Positions 25,371 through 39,562 are shown, counted from the first letter of the stretch. The stretch is 64,000 nucleotides of DNA from Octopus vulgaris (GCA_951406725.2 OX597822.1:2356001-2420000); one strand, 5' to 3'. Program-made: numbers and translations. Notes: generated by a model from the sequence alone, not told the origin.

Positions 25371-27259
25371 CATATACGTGTACACATACATACGCACATA
25401 TATGCACACACACACTCGCACATGCGCACACACGCTCTTATACGTGTACATAAATATTCATTGTCATTTTTAGCAACGGAAGGAGTATTTAATACAAAAA
25501 GGTAATCTCTATATCCAACTAGCATGAATACCTTGTTAGAGCATGGAGTACTGCGTTATTAGCTTTGAGGGATCCTTTAATATAAGCGCTTGGTACATAC
25601 AAGCACACACATAAAACGTAGCAGACGAAATTCGAGGTTCACGTGCATCGGAATTCCCATATCACGTGATTTCGGTCAATTGGACCTTATCAGATTATAT
25701 ATATAATCTATCTGAAGCATTGTCTGATATAGATAAATGCTATTACTTTTGATCTTTGAAATCCAAAACAATTTCGGTTATAAGAAATATGATTAATTGA
25801 TGGTTTACGCTTTTTCTTGTATTTCAGTATCTCAGAGAGAGAGAGAGAGAGAGAGAGTGTGTGTGTGTGTGTGTGTGTGTGGACGGTTGACTTGCAGACA
25901 CAGGATAGCAAGCATTGCTATAATAGCCAATAATATACATGCAGCTCGATTGTGTTAATATGTGATCTAGCTAATGATAGTGGCCTCTTTTATTCTCAGT
26001 TTTCCAATGTTTCGTTCCGTGACGTCAGTGGGAACTTGAATATCTTACATGTGGAGTTACTATAGGTGCCTTTTGACAGAAAGAGCATGACGATAGATGT
26101 TTTCTTGAACCCGTATATGCGCTTGCCTAACGATACTTCTCATATAGGATTCGTTACATTTACTACATGTGATTTTACACATAACTTAGGACATTTTTTC
26201 GTCGTTGATCGGGCATTTGGCAACATGTACATAATTGTGTGTGTGTGTGCAATCGAGACAGATAAAGAGATGAAGCTGGTGAATGGTGCATCACAAATGT
26301 CTATTAAGAGACATATATTCCAAATAATGTTTCCCACCTGATCTTACGTTCGCAAATGCCCCGTTTCATCTTCCCAAATGACACATGAATATTTCAATAT
26401 ATCCTCGCCTAAAATATTGCTACCTTCTAGATTGCATCATTACCAAAAGGAATGTTACCCGTGACATCTTGATCAGAAAATATAAGCCTGGTGCTGAATT
26501 TTGGTTCAAAATATAAGATCATTTTCAAGCTTAATGGAGTAATTATATACAAAACGTCATCCGACAATAAGCAAGTCTATTAAAATATTGATTGTTTAAA
26601 AGCTATAAACAATTTAACATTAAAAAAATCGAATCCCCCTTGAAGTAACTTCATGAGATATTTAATATATTAAATTTGAAAAAAAAATCTTGCGTTGATA
26701 ACAAATGGACTTTATTGTGAGCTATATATCGACTTTCAATTCACTGTATAGACAGTATACTCAAAATTCGTGAGTAATTTTTATGAAAAAGATCAAGAGA
26801 TAAGCGTTGTTTTTAGTAAAAAGAATATAAACTGTTCTCAATGCAATAAAATTATCTGCCATCAACATCGAAGAATGAGGTCTTGAAATACAATACATCG
26901 TCTCGTCCAGTTTTCACTACGAGTGAGATTTTTCCAAGTTATCCGAAGAAATCAAAGAATATAATGACAGATATCTCGATCTGATGGACGTTTGTGACTC
27001 TTAGACCTCTGCTTTTTTTACCTTTATTAAATGTTTATTACGAGAAATCCTTATATGAAATGTCTGGCTTTTGAGTCCTCTTGATAAACGCATAGAATTT
27101 GTCTTAATAGTATATCAGAAGTAATTTATAGGCTACTGCATGTGAATATCGATAAAGATTTAGTTCAGTTACATATCAGTCATCAATAAGATCAAAGTCT
27201 CGATATTAAATAATGAAACAAATATTAAATAACAAAACAGAATAAGCAATATTAAATGA

Positions 27260-27665
27260 TAAAGCTGGCAGAATCGTTAACTTTCCTGGAAAATGCTTAG
27301 CGGCATTTCATCCGTCTTTAAGTTGTAGGCTCAACTGCCGCCGGGGTTGATAGAATAAGTAAAAGATTACCAATGATGTCCTTGTTATCGATTTACGTCC
27401 TCCCCAAAACTACTAACCTGGTGCCGCAACTTAAAATCATATTTAAAATTGATTTCAAATTTTGGCACAAGGCCATCAGTTTCGGAGGAGGGGTAAGTCG
27501 ATGTAATCAACCCCTGTGCTCAGTTGGCACTTATTTTATCGAACCCGAAAGAATAGAAGGTAAAGTCGATCTCGGAGGAATTTGAGCTCAGAATACGTAG
27601 ACGGGAGAAACGCCACTAAACGTTTTGCCTAGCGTGCTAACGGTTCTGGCAACTCGCAGCCTTAA
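27260..27665. mobile_element. Tail-to-tail pair of SINE family M copies (+ 27260-27440; - 27450-27665)
   Basis: AGCTGGCAGAATCGTTA head on +; GGTAAAGTCGATCTCGGAGGAATTTGAGCTC is the reverse complement of the family M box B region. Confidence 0.8.
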
Positions 27666-28169
27666 ACCAATATAAATAATAAAACCGCAAGTTCGTATGC
27701 TTCATAGAATTATAATGGCTGGCCGTAGGGCATCTATGGTGTTCGATAAAGCTGGCTTTTAACCCTGGTATTGTTAAATATCACGTTCAACTTAATAGTT
27801 ATTTTTACTCATTCGCAAATTTTATTTAAATCAACTACAGAATGGATCATAACATTTACAGTAGCACAAGACACTACAAACTATCACTAATTAACTAAAA
27901 TTTTCAAATCCTTTTCAGTTCTACTTACGAGCTACTTTTTATGAAATAGTCGACATTTGCAAAGAGTATCGGTTTTCTAAATTTCTTTCAAGCATTTGTC
28001 TTAAGAGGCGGGTTGTCCTCATAGCTCTCACAGACAGTTCATGACCGGTGAGATTAACAGTTAATGATATTATTGAACAGTTACAAACCGATAGTTACAT
28101 GAATAACACGTGAATCCAGTCGGATATACTGACATAACTATAAGCGATTCGCTTTCCGATAAAAGTCTG

Positions 28170-28395
28170 TTTTTCCATCGATAGACAAAGATGCGCGCAA
28201 CGTGTAACTGAGTATATCTCAGACACGCATACACTTCTAGGGAGATTAATCACGATAGAACGTGACAAAGTTGGTCCTTTGAAATACAGGTACTACTCAT
28301 TTTTGCCAGTTGAGTGGACTGGAGCAACGCGCCGCCGGAATTAGAACTCACGACCTTACGTTCATGAGCTGAATATACACAACCACTATGCCACT
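28170..28395 (-). mobile_element. SINE family C head with an alternative tail
   Basis: ACTCATTTTTGCCAGTTGAGTGGACTGGAGCAACG (family C) joined to CGTGACAAAGTTGGTCCTTTGAAATACAGGTAC, shared with ~50690-50725. Confidence 0.7.
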
Positions 28396-28718
28396 ATGTA
28401 TGTATATAATACGAAGGAAGGGGATTCGCAAGTCCAGGTAGATACTTTCCAGGCACTGTGCAGTTATGCAAACTTTACTAACTTTATTGATCAATCAGAG
28501 TTCATTAAATCCAAAAGGAATTTACATTCGCGTTGGTACTCAATATCCGATTAGTAAACCCGAAGTTCGCTCAGACGAATTTCGAAAAATCTTCCCAAAT
28601 ATATTAAAAAGACAGTTAACTAGAATGAAGTTATTTCGCTTCGACCAACTATAACGATGCCGTTTATGTTTCTCTTGAACCTTTGTAATTCAACATTTGC
28701 GGGAAAGATGTGAACAGG

Positions 28719-29108
28719 GTTGTAGGCTCAACTGCCGCCGGGGTTGATAAAATAAGTACAAGATTACCAATGATGTCCTTGTTATCGATTTACGTCCTCC
28801 CCAAAACTGCTGACCTGGTGCCACAACATAAAATCAATATTTAAAATTGATTTCAAATTTTGGCACAAGGCCATCAGTTTCGGAGGAGGGGTAAGTCGAT
28901 GTAATCAACCCCTGTGCTCAGTTGGCACTTATTTTATCGAACCCGAAAGAATAGAATGTAAAGTCGATCACGGCGGAATTTGAGCTCAGAATACGTAGAC
29001 GGAAGAAACGCCACTAAACATTTTGCCTAGCGTACCAACGGTTCTGGCAGCTCGCAGCTTTAAACCAATATAAATAATAAAGCCGCAAGTTCGTATATTT
29101 CATAGAAT
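28719..29108. repeat. Direct duplicate of 27322-27710
   Basis: Colinear match including the SINE-pair junction and the non-SINE flank. Confidence 0.92.
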
Positions 29109-29797
29109 GTAAACAAAAAGGGTTGGTTAATGTTCTAATATTCTGGTAAAGAAAGAAAAGGGTATTGTGAGTAGTGGGGATCATGGTTGGTTGGAAACAC
29201 AAAATGTGTGTGGGCACGAAGCGATGCAAAAGTCACAGCGGAGGCAGCACGAACCCACACAAGTCGAAGGAGGAGAGACTGTCATAGAGCCAGAAAGGAA
29301 GTGTTAGAGAAAAGGGGCTGCTTGTCTGGGGGCCAGAGGCTAGATAGCATCTGTGGGTGATTTGATGCAAATCAATCAAGAAAGTCCATTTTTGAATGTG
29401 GTCAACATTGCCTCGGCATCAAATTGTGCAAGACAATATTGTGTACATGATCTGTGTAGAGTACCAATAATTGAAGGGGGTTAAAGTGTATAGTATATTT
29501 TGGTTTCTAAGACAAAACCCGTTATTGGGATGCGATCCCATCGACATTATGAATATACTTTTGCTATGAGAAATCCTTGATTATAGTAAAACTCAACAAT
29601 TAAAGCTGCGAACGTACAAAACCATAAATGTAAATAATTGGCTTAATTCCGGATACCAAAAGCTGAATTAGATTTATTCCTAGAGTGCGTCAGCTTATGC
29701 AGGACTAGCTTAAAAACCGTACTCTGTGCGGACTGTTAGGTTACCTCCTGCGGGCAGCTAATTGGGCCTGCAGCCCAAAACTAAAGAGGGTTAAATA

Positions 29798-29849
<52 letters not shown>

Positions 29850-29852
<3 letters not shown>

Positions 29853-30110
29853 AAAGATAGAACAACAACGTAAAGGATGACAATGAAAACATAGGGACAG
29901 ATGTGGAGAGTACAAAGACGGACAGGAAAACCAGGACGGAACATTCGTGGCTTTCCTTTCATCAGTCAAGCTTCTAATCATTATTATTGTTTCGGCCTGT
30001 TACTCTTGGTAGGTCCCAAAAATCTAAGCTAAAGGCATTAAACTTTTGGAAGAAAGCGAGCGAATATGTGCGACAAGTTGTCGGGCAAAAAAAAAATAAC
30101 GAGAAAACGG
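29850..30110. mobile_element. (TA)n-adjacent element, same family as the fold-back at 30822-31088
   Basis: Shared CAATGAAAACATA...ACAAAGACGGACAGGA.AACCAGG..AACATTCGTGG. Confidence 0.7.
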
Positions 30111-30480
30111 GAAAATAGTTACACTATTGAAAATACTAACAAGTATAACAAGAAATGTCTTTCGTCTAAAAGGACAAAAAGTAAGCTGGAGTGTGAAGTG
30201 GAATCCTTACAACAACAAACATAGATGAAAGTCAGGAGACAGGAAAATAAGATGTTGTACGAGATGCAGTTAGGCCAAGAAAGAAAGATCATGCTTAGCC
30301 GAGCACCAATCACATGGAAGGTACATAGAGAAGTAGGGAGAATGCCAAGAAATGTGAGAGAGGGGGAGCAAGAAAAAGAAAGATGGAAAGAAAGAGAATG
30401 CCAAGAAAGTGAAAGAGGGAGGAGGCTAGAAAAAGAAAAGAAGAACGACAGAATAAAGTCAAACGGGGTTTAGATATATA

Positions 30481-30772
30481 TCAGATCATCCCATAAGTTC
30501 TGTTCGATTTTTACCTTTTTTCTTAAACTGAATGAAATTTAATAGTATTTTAGAATGTCTAATGGAATTAAAAATTATTTTTATGCATTTGTGTACATTT
30601 AAATTAATAAAATATTATTTTACAGAATAATAGAATTATGTGCCCTAAATCCTCTTTGGATACTTCCATGTTAGAAAGGGTTTTAATCAAGGAAATTTTA
30701 ATTCTATGAGTACATTTTCCATCACTTGTTTTCTTTCTTCAAAATTCGGACAGAAGTTATGGGATGACCCGA
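30481..30772. mobile_element. Mariner-type MITE (~30-bp TIRs, TA TSD)
   Basis: TA-TCAGATCATCCCATAAGTTCTGTTCGATTTT ... AAAATTCGGACAGAAGTTATGGGATGACCCGA-TA. Confidence 0.85.
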
Positions 30773-30821
30773 TACTTACAAACTGAGCAAAAGATGTACG
30801 TACGCCGCTTTATAAATCCCC

Positions 30822-31088
30822 CAAACGGAACAAGAACATAACGATCGGCAATGAAAACATACCGACAAATGGACGATACAAAGACGGACAGGAGAACCAG
30901 GTCAGAACATTCGTGGGGATCTACCAATTTTGAACAGTCTCAAGTGTAACGGACCGAAACGGTAAAGATGAATGGAAGATTGACTGTTGAAAGCTACGAA
31001 TATTCAGTCCTGGTTTTCTAGTCCGTCTTTGTATCGTCCATCAGTCCGTATGTTTATATGGTTATCTGTTACGCTCTCGTTCCATTTT
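30822..31088. repeat. Diverged fold-back (~95-bp arms, ~75-bp spacer)
   Basis: TGGACGATACAAAGACGGAC pairs with GTCCGTCTTTGTATCGTCCA, and weaker pairing extends outward. Confidence 0.8.
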
Positions 31089-31809
31089 TCGGATTTATAT
31101 GTACATATACCGGCGTACGTACAGATTTTTACTCAGCTATATATAATATATATATACATACATCGTTAGATAGATATGAATGTAGATATATGCATACATG
31201 TATGTACGTATATACATATATGTACATGTGTATGCACGTGTGTGTGCATATATATAATATAAATACACAAATATTTGTTATATTACATACACACACACAT
31301 ATAACTCTCTCTCACCCCCTCTCTCTCTCTCTCTCTCTCTGCATATATCTCTCTCTCTCTCTCTCTCTGCATATATATATATATATACACACACATATAT
31401 ATATATGTTTGTATGTATGCATATATATATATGGTTCGCTTCTATTTGTTTCTTATGTGTTTGCATGTGTGTGAATGTGTCTGTTCATGTCTGTTCATGT
31501 TGTGTGTCTGTTTTCTGGTTGAGTATAATGCAGCCATTCATATAAATGTTATATTTATTCACTTAGACTCGTCAATATATATCGGCTTTCCATTCGAACT
31601 TTATCACATGTATCAGACTTCGTAGTTTCATATAAAGTCATGAAAACTATTGATTATCTGTTAACATTTTGATATATTAAACACCTGGCTGATATTACAA
31701 AATACATACGAGATGATACATATACATATTGGCATATACTTATAGATACGGGCACACACAAACACACACATATACATACAGGTACATACACATATACGTA
31801 CGCACACAG

Positions 31810-31840
<31 letters not shown>

Positions 31841-32821
31841 TATGTAAAACTTTTATGTTATTAAGCAATTTGCGATTGCTTTGAAACGAATTTATTACTC
31901 CATATTTGATATTTTCATATAATCATATTGAATTATCAACTTGCGTTTTGTGTAGTTTACATATCTGTATAGAGACTAACAGTCAAGCAAACGAAGAAAC
32001 TTCTAATTCTATGCGATTGATTGTTTTGTTAGACATAGATGGTGGTGCGGGCACAACTGTATGGTCAAGAGGCTTACTTCCCAACTTCGACATTTCAAGT
32101 TCAATCCCATTTCGAGGCATCTTTCAAAAGCGCCGTTTATTTATATACGTCTGCACTATAAACTTTGTGAGTGAATTTGCTAAACGGATCTATATATGTT
32201 GTATATACAAACATATACAACATGTTTGTATATGTTTGTATACATTTATACAAACAGATGATTAAGGAATGTTCTGGCAAGGACGTAATCTTCAATTGAC
32301 AGTTGTTATCATAAAGTACCTTAGAGCTGTCTTTGAAGAGAGATGTAAAGGTGGTACCTCTCCACTTGTACTTTTCAATCACACATACTGGAATATGATA
32401 AGAAGCAGGTCAACAATTTCTCTACCATTTCCCTTCATCCTTCTCAGCAGCTTACTGTTTTCTGGTTCTGTTGCCTCTATTCTTCCAACTTATGGAAATG
32501 TTGCATCTCACTAAATGAGCGACTTAAATCAGGTTACTGTGTGAGCAAGCTTCACCAACTTCCAGCACACCAGTCACATCAAGGCTAACGTCCGAAAGTA
32601 TGTTCTGTATTTCTTTTTATTATCAAATCCAATGTTTCCTAATCCCGCAAAGTTTTCAGTATGAGAAAACTCAGAGCATTTGTCCTATAATCTATGGTCA
32701 ATTGGAATTACAAACTTTTCGAGTCTTTGAGTGTGTTGGGTTTTTATCATTAGCGTTCCTTGCTGTTTCGTCTAACAGCTTTTTAAATTCTTTTTCACAA
32801 TTTCTTTTGTTACACGAGGTG

Positions 32822-33040
32822 CATGTCCTGGCGGTTAGGGTGTTGGTTGGTTTCGATTCCTGGCCAAGGTGATAAGTTGTGCTCTTCAGCAAAACACTTC
32901 CTTTTACGTTACTCCAGTCCACTAAGCTAGCAGAAATGAGTAATCACGCGACGGACTAGGATTCCTTCCAGGGGCTGAATATATAGACGCCACAGAAGTC
33001 GAGAAACTTGCTTTACAAAGCTGTATAACTTGAGAAGGAG
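32822..33040 (+). mobile_element. SINE family C, diverged
   Basis: GGTTTCGATTCCTGG...CAGCAAAACACTT...CTCCAGTCCACTAAGCT. Confidence 0.75.
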
Positions 33041-33839
33041 CTCTATCCTATTTAATCTTTTGTTCCTTTTCTGCCAATGCCGGTAGCAAGAACCTGTCAA
33101 AAATGCTGCCCTATTTTAAGAGGCTTCTACCCAATAGGTCATTAATTGTAAGCCCATCCGTCCGTTTTTTTATACTAATGTTGAAGATATAGCTTCATAA
33201 TGATTTTGTTTAGAATATAAATATGATCGTCAGAAGGCCAATCACCTGAATCTCTTAAAACTGCTTGAGCTTCTCCTGCGTAGCAAGCTGAAACACTTTG
33301 GTTTGTTTTCATATCTTCGGAGTCGTATGCTTTCGATGAAAACACACCCACACACACATTGTTCTCAGCAAATGGTTAGCATTCAATATTAAGTTCATCT
33401 CATACGTCTTCTGTACATATATCGACAATTCAGAGCAACATCTTCGACATGATATACAAGAGACCAGAGCGTAGATGCTTTCAAATGATGTTACATTAAT
33501 CTTTCTGTCTAAACCATGAATTAACTATCATTAAATTCAATTCTTGACAGCCTTTTAAAAGCAAGCCACTACAATACTACAATTTCCTCTTTCATGATCA
33601 CCCAAACAGAACTTCTCGTTTCAGTCCATTCAGATCTTCCATCAGTACATGTTTATGATTTTATCCATATCTTTCAAATTATCTCTGAGATCTGCATAGA
33701 ACTTTACCATTTCATCTAGTGAACTGACAAATGGCGAAGAATAATACTCTAATCATGTTACAAAGTGATTGTTCTGTACATGTATAGAGACATAAACGTT
33801 TATAAATGTGTGTGTGTGTATGTGTGTGTGTGTGCATAC

Positions 33840-34100
33840 CTACGGTCTTTTCCGTAGGCTTTTCTTCCCACGGATAAACCTTATCTTCTTCCCCCTTTAC
33901 ACTTTACATCATGATACTGATACGCGATCCCTATTGATCGTTTTCTTTTCTTTTTTCTCTTTTTTTCTTTCTTCTTTACTTTCTTTTTCCTTCTTTCCCT
34001 TTTACGATCCATTTTGATCGAAAACCTACCCCACCTTTTTTTCTCTCCCCCAAAAAGAAAAACTCTACTTTGTAATCTGTCCCGTCTGTGTGGCTAAGAA

Positions 34101-34102
<2 letters not shown>
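33840..34102 (+). mobile_element. Isolated 3' UTR of the Tx1-like LINE
   Basis: GGTCTTTTCCGTAGGCTTTTCTT...CGATCCCTATTGATC...CTCTACTTTGTAAT...GTGGCTAA matches the reverse complement of 56226-56500. Confidence 0.85.
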
Positions 34103-34148
<46 letters not shown>

Positions 34149-34429
34149 ACGAAATAAAGGTACCGACATTGCAAATTTAACAGCTTTAATCGATTTTCGA
34201 AACTCATTGGTTTCTCATCAGAGGGATCTTCTTCATCTGACTTATTCCAGTGGAATGAGTAACCATTTTGTTTATATGTTCAACAGATCCAGTCATTACA
34301 GAGAAGTGGAGCTACTAATTTGCATACCGTAAGTGTCCAACACTCTATCTAATATCAGCAGCCTCTCAATGGGGATATCAGTTCACATAGCATCACTGTA
34401 TGATCTGATCATATATGTATACAAACGTG

Positions 34430-34770
34430 GGAAGTCGCATGGCTCAGTGGTCAGAGCATCGGACTAGCAATCATGAGGTAGTGAGTTCGATTCCCGGAAG
34501 GGGCTGTGTGTGGTGCTCTTGTGCAATACACTTTATTTCACGATGCACCAGTTCATTCAGCTGTAGAAATGAGTTGTGACGTCACTTGTGGCAAGCTGTA
34601 TCAGCCTTTGCCTTTCCCTTGGATAATATCGGTGACGTAGTGAGGCTGGTACGCATGGGCGACTGCTGGTCTTCCATAAAACACCCTGCCCGGACCTGTG
34701 CTACCAAGGTTAACTTTGTAAGTATAATCCTATGGTCATTCATGATGGAAGGGGTTCTTTACCCTTTACC
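34430..34770 (+). mobile_element. SINE family B, full length
   Basis: TGGCTCAGTGG box A, GAGTTCGATTCC box B, CORE-like segment, CCCTTTA tail. Confidence 0.88.
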
Positions 34771-35299
34771 CTATACCAACGTTGTAGAAATGCAAATATG
34801 GCTAATTTAACTACTCCGTAGAGTAAATAAGTGACAGATAGTCTTAAGTGATTTTCGATCATTATTGATTTCTCATCAAGGGTATCAAGATGATTTGACC
34901 AATCCCCGATAAATTAGTATCTAACCTGCTTATATACACAACAAATCCAGTAGATTACTTGACTTTGTCGCCGATTCAACGAATGAGGATTCAGAAGGTC
35001 ACAGCCGTACAATCCTCGCAATTCGATGTTTTGCCGTGTCGTCTCACGTAGAGATAAAGGCTTATTCAGGATGTGGAGATCGTTTGCCGACGTTGTAGTA
35101 GCAGTCACCATCATCAGGGGAGTAGATTGAACCTGGCTTTATACTGACCTATTTTCTCAGGCTATCGATCCTGCCTACCTCAAAGTCGGGAATGGCATGG
35201 TAGACCGAGCTTTTTCACTGAGCTGTATTCGGCACTAACAACTTTCATGTCTTCAGGTTTATCGTGCGGCTTTCAAGCAAATCTTTTGAATGTTCTTAT

Positions 35300-35745
35300 A
35301 ACAGAGCAATAAACGACTTTATTACTTGGCACCAGAGTTAAACTGACCATAAAAGAGGGTTTTTGTTAAGTGAGTGTCTTTCACGCGTACCTAATGGCCA
35401 AACCACCTTAGATGCGTTTTAATACAGAAACTTTCTTTGGCTAGAATGTGGCACCGTGAAAGCATCTTTGTGTTGGAGACTTCGTTCTGTCACTTGATGT
35501 TCAAAAGTGAACGAAGCCAGCGGATATGGAATGAGCCTTGCCATTTCATTTGGAACTTGTAGTGTCCATGTTTTACAGCCATACAGGTAAGCATTACTAC
35601 CTGGTGGACTTTTATCTTTGTAGCCAAGCAGATGCCGTAATTTTTCCACAGTCTGTGCTGGAGTCTACCGAAAGTTGGTTTTGCCTTAGACAATTGATGA
35701 GGGATCTCTTCGTCCAGGTAGCAGAATTTTGGCACAGCATTTTAG
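35300..35745 (-). pseudogene. Decayed RTE-clade LINE, post-RT C-terminal fragment
   Basis: LDEEIPHQLSKAKPTFGRLQHRLWK...TKIKV...LYGCKTWT...WLRSLLNIK is the typical RTE post-RT region. Confidence 0.8.
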
Positions 35746-36624
35746 ACGCTGTTGTCTATGAATAAGTAAATAGATAGTTACTTACATATGTACATACGGA
35801 CCAGTCTAAAGACGTACAGACCCAAGTACATACACACATACATTACAACGTCATAAATTAATTATTTGCTAAATTATATATGCAACTCTCTGACGCGACT
35901 CACTTCCCAAACCCATCCTTGCTTACGAGAATACCAGATATCTTGCTACCCATTCATTACCCGAATGCCACATTCGTTCTGAACACGACCAATTTTCCCT
36001 CCCCCACTAACACATAGACTACCACCCCATTCTTTCTTGAGATCTTACAAAAAAGGACACTTACAAGGGATATGATATGATGCATTGTGTATAGCTCCAG
36101 GTAACCTTTGTTTCAGCATGCTTATCCTCAAATGCATTCCATCCATGACTCTCCCATATATTGTTCAGACAAAATGCATGTAGAAACTTTGAAGATGATA
36201 GTTTGCGTTCCAGATACGACCATCTAACTTTTTTCTGATATTGTATATATCTGTCTTTACAGTATCAAATATATGTTTAAACAGGAGGGTCCGCATTTGA
36301 GGATGATTTGACTGTTATTTCTAGAATGAGAGTGACTCCAACTGATATTACCTTATTGGATCATTTTGAAAGATGTATTTCTCAGGGTTGTGGTTACTGT
36401 ACAGCTCAGACAATTAAAAGGTCTTGTAAGTTTTTTATGAAATACTAAAGATCTGAGCAATATTGTCAGAGTCCGAGACAATCTACTTTTCCGAACAGAA
36501 AATCCCAACAATCAACAACACCAGTGAAAACAGGGTTCTTAGCTCGATTGTCTTAGTTCCTTTTTTTTTCCTTTTTTGCTCTGAGTCACACATGATTATG
36601 CAAACTTATTATCAAAGTGGGGGG

Positions 36625-37370
36625 GGCGTGACTTAGGGGTTAAGGCGTTGGACTCATGACTGTAAGATTATGGTTTCGATTCCTGGACCAGGCGATGCGT
36701 TTTGTTCTTGAGCAAAACACTTCATTTCCCGTTGCTTCAGCTGGCAAAAATGAGTAATCCTGTGACGGACCGGCATCTCATCCAGTTGGAAAATTTATAC
36801 GCCATGGAAACCACGAAAACGGCCCTTGTGAGGCGGCATGGCTCGAGAAGTTAACCTTTACCTTTTTTAAACCTATTATCAAAAGTATTCTGGCCGAGAT
36901 CATCTCCTTTTTCCCATCTGTAAGCGTTTGAGTTGGACCAAATACTCAGTAAAATAGACTTGTCAGTCAAATTCTGGGATTTACGATACTCATAAATTAT
37001 GGTGTTGAGTTCATATTTCTTCCCGAGTCACAAAGACTTATAGGGCCGGTTTCATGGTTTCTGTGTCTCTCATATATTTTCGCGCTGGGCTGGACGCTCG
37101 TCCGTCGCAAGGTTTTTCCTTTCTGCAAGGTGGATTGAGTGGAGCACCGTGAAATGAAGTGTTTTGCTCAAGATCACAACGCATTGCCCGATTCAGGAAT
37201 CGAAACCACAATCTTACGATCATGAGTCTTGCGCTGTAACCACTAAGCCACTCGCATGGCCAAGTTGTTTGGGTGTTGCACTCATGATCATCAAATCGTG
37301 GGTTCGATTCCCAGACCGGGCGGCGTATTACGTTCTTGAGTAAAACACTTCATTTCATCTTGCTCTAGTA
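36625..37370. mobile_element. Cluster of three family C SINEs (+ 36625-36862; - 37040-37256; + 37252-37370)
   Basis: GGTTTCGATTCCTG and TTCTTGAGCAAAACACTTCATTTC-like motifs in alternating orientation. Confidence 0.85.
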
Positions 37371-39409
37371 CTGTATGGCCGGGCATGTTAAAGAACAGAC
37401 CCAACGCTTTTCCCACGTGTTTTAAAGGGCGACAGTGAGAAGCCGAGCTAGGATTTACGCTCCGACGTCATAAAACCTTCATCAGCAAACGACTCCCTAA
37501 ACAAGACGCAGACGTGTCATCCTCCAGGGGTTGTAGAGAATCACCATCAAATGCTAACTGCAGCGACGCGCTGGTATAGCGCATGTCCCTCTTACTACTA
37601 CTACTACTACCACCACCACCAACAACAACAACAACATCACCTCCACCACCACAACAACCAGTCATATTCAACTACAATGTTTGTATCTCGGTCGAAGTGA
37701 TGGAATAGTTAACGTGGCCACCACATCGGACGTAATACCTTGCGATATTTAATAACTACCATGTTCAAACTGAATTCATAGCCAACTGGAACTGAATTTC
37801 ACCAACATCCCTTTTAGATTAAGCAACAGAAATAAACCATGAGCCGACTTCATCTTGTGCGTCATTTACCCAAAAGTTTCTGTTTTTTCTTGTGGTACAG
37901 ATCGATGCCAAAATGATAGAATTCCAGAACTGATGCCTTTCAGTGTTTGGTTCCGTCCTTCTATCTTCAGATTCGACATATTGCCAGAAATCGGCTTTAC
38001 ATTTTCCTTTGTATTCTCTGCAAATAATAAGGGTCTCTCTCTTGTACTGAGGTTAAATCAATCGACAACATAACCTTAATGTCATCTATAGAATGAATAG
38101 CCTTGAGCCAATCTAGTTAATCAATACCCAGATTTAGATTGATCAACCTACTTACCTCCTTCACCTACATGTTATTTTGTTTCAATATATTTCTACAAAG
38201 AAGCGAACGGTGTCGAAATAATGCCAATTAAATTCACATTCTAAGAAGTACAGTGCAAGTTTTGACAGCCAGAACAGTTATGCTACTCTACAATTTGTAA
38301 TAATAGCCGGAAGATAAATCGCTATGAATGAGATCTGGTGAATTATTTAATTTTCGTGGCATAGTAACACTAAGAGAATAATATTAATTACTGCAACAAT
38401 CGATTTTGAAACCTTGGTTGTTTCATTCCGTAATTAAAAAGTGTAAAAACAAAAATCACTTAAATTGACGGTATAATTTCTCTTTTCATTACTAATTCAT
38501 TCAGAAGTACTTAAGTGGATTAATTAACCGGATTAATTTTATGCTAAAAAAATAAATATATGGTAAATAAGAAGTTAAGAACAAAGAATTTCATTTCATT
38601 AAGAATGCATTTAGATATAAGTGAAGTAACTATGATTAATCAGAAAGCCTGACCTAAATTGAAAGCTTCTTACGTGGCTCGCCATCCTTCTAAGATATAG
38701 AATGGGGCGGTGGTACGAATCTGAACAATAGTTACATGGACAATCTGTTTTGCAGTTGCTGATTGACCCCAAACAACCTAGTCACCATTAAACTCGTGTC
38801 AGCCTTATTTAGTAAGACAGACCCTAGAATTAGCTTGGTTACTGCAAGAATAACGACTTAAGTATTTAGCTCTACTTTTCAATCCATTCCACATATGGCA
38901 ATTACTTTACTTATACGTATATGCGTCGGAATATATGACTTCTTTGTTAAGAGAGACAGGTTTTTATGGGCCACATCTGAAAAATGACTTTCGTCTGTTA
39001 TCTAAATATTTCTACGATAAGCCAGAGGTAACAGTTCTGATTATTGACCTCTATTTGTAAAAGGCGTGTTTATCGTATATGCTAATGTGTCATACACGCT
39101 TTGTAAAATTATCATTCTTAGATGTAATAAACATTCTCTATGCGTCTAATGCGACTTTATTACGAAAAGGAACCGAATGTATGACTGTATGATAAACTAT
39201 ATATTTCTTCCACAAAAATTTGAGTTTTGTCTTATGCACGAGTGCGTTCCTTACACAGCAAAAACGGTAACTAATATATTAACAAATCGGGCTCAATTTG
39301 ACAGTTTGCATAAAAGAAAACAAACTACTATATCAAATCCAAAAATCGAAATATTTTAAAGAATCAAAAAGTATCAATTAGTTTATAGCTGGGATATAAC
39401 AGTTTACTC

Positions 39410-39562
39410 TCAAAGTAGATTCCACCAGCAAGACAGCTCCGGAATGCATTCTTCATGGTATCCTAGGGAATGTGTTTGGACACCTATTTGATGTTGGCCA
39501 CCAGTTCGGCCTTGGTATTGCAGGCAGAGCAGTTGGTGTCTTTCTCAACTGCGCATCATAAC
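39410..39562 (-). pseudogene. Tc1/mariner-superfamily transposase C-terminal remnant
   Basis: L*CAVEKDTNCSACNTKAELVANIK*V...IP*DTMKNAFRS resembles the post-catalytic WGxVExxxN..L..I..LP..AC..FR helix region. Confidence 0.55.

Noticed and set aside
32280-33780. Coding-like composition on the minus strand
   Set aside because: Frequent stops and no motif I could assign; possibly an old transposon fossil
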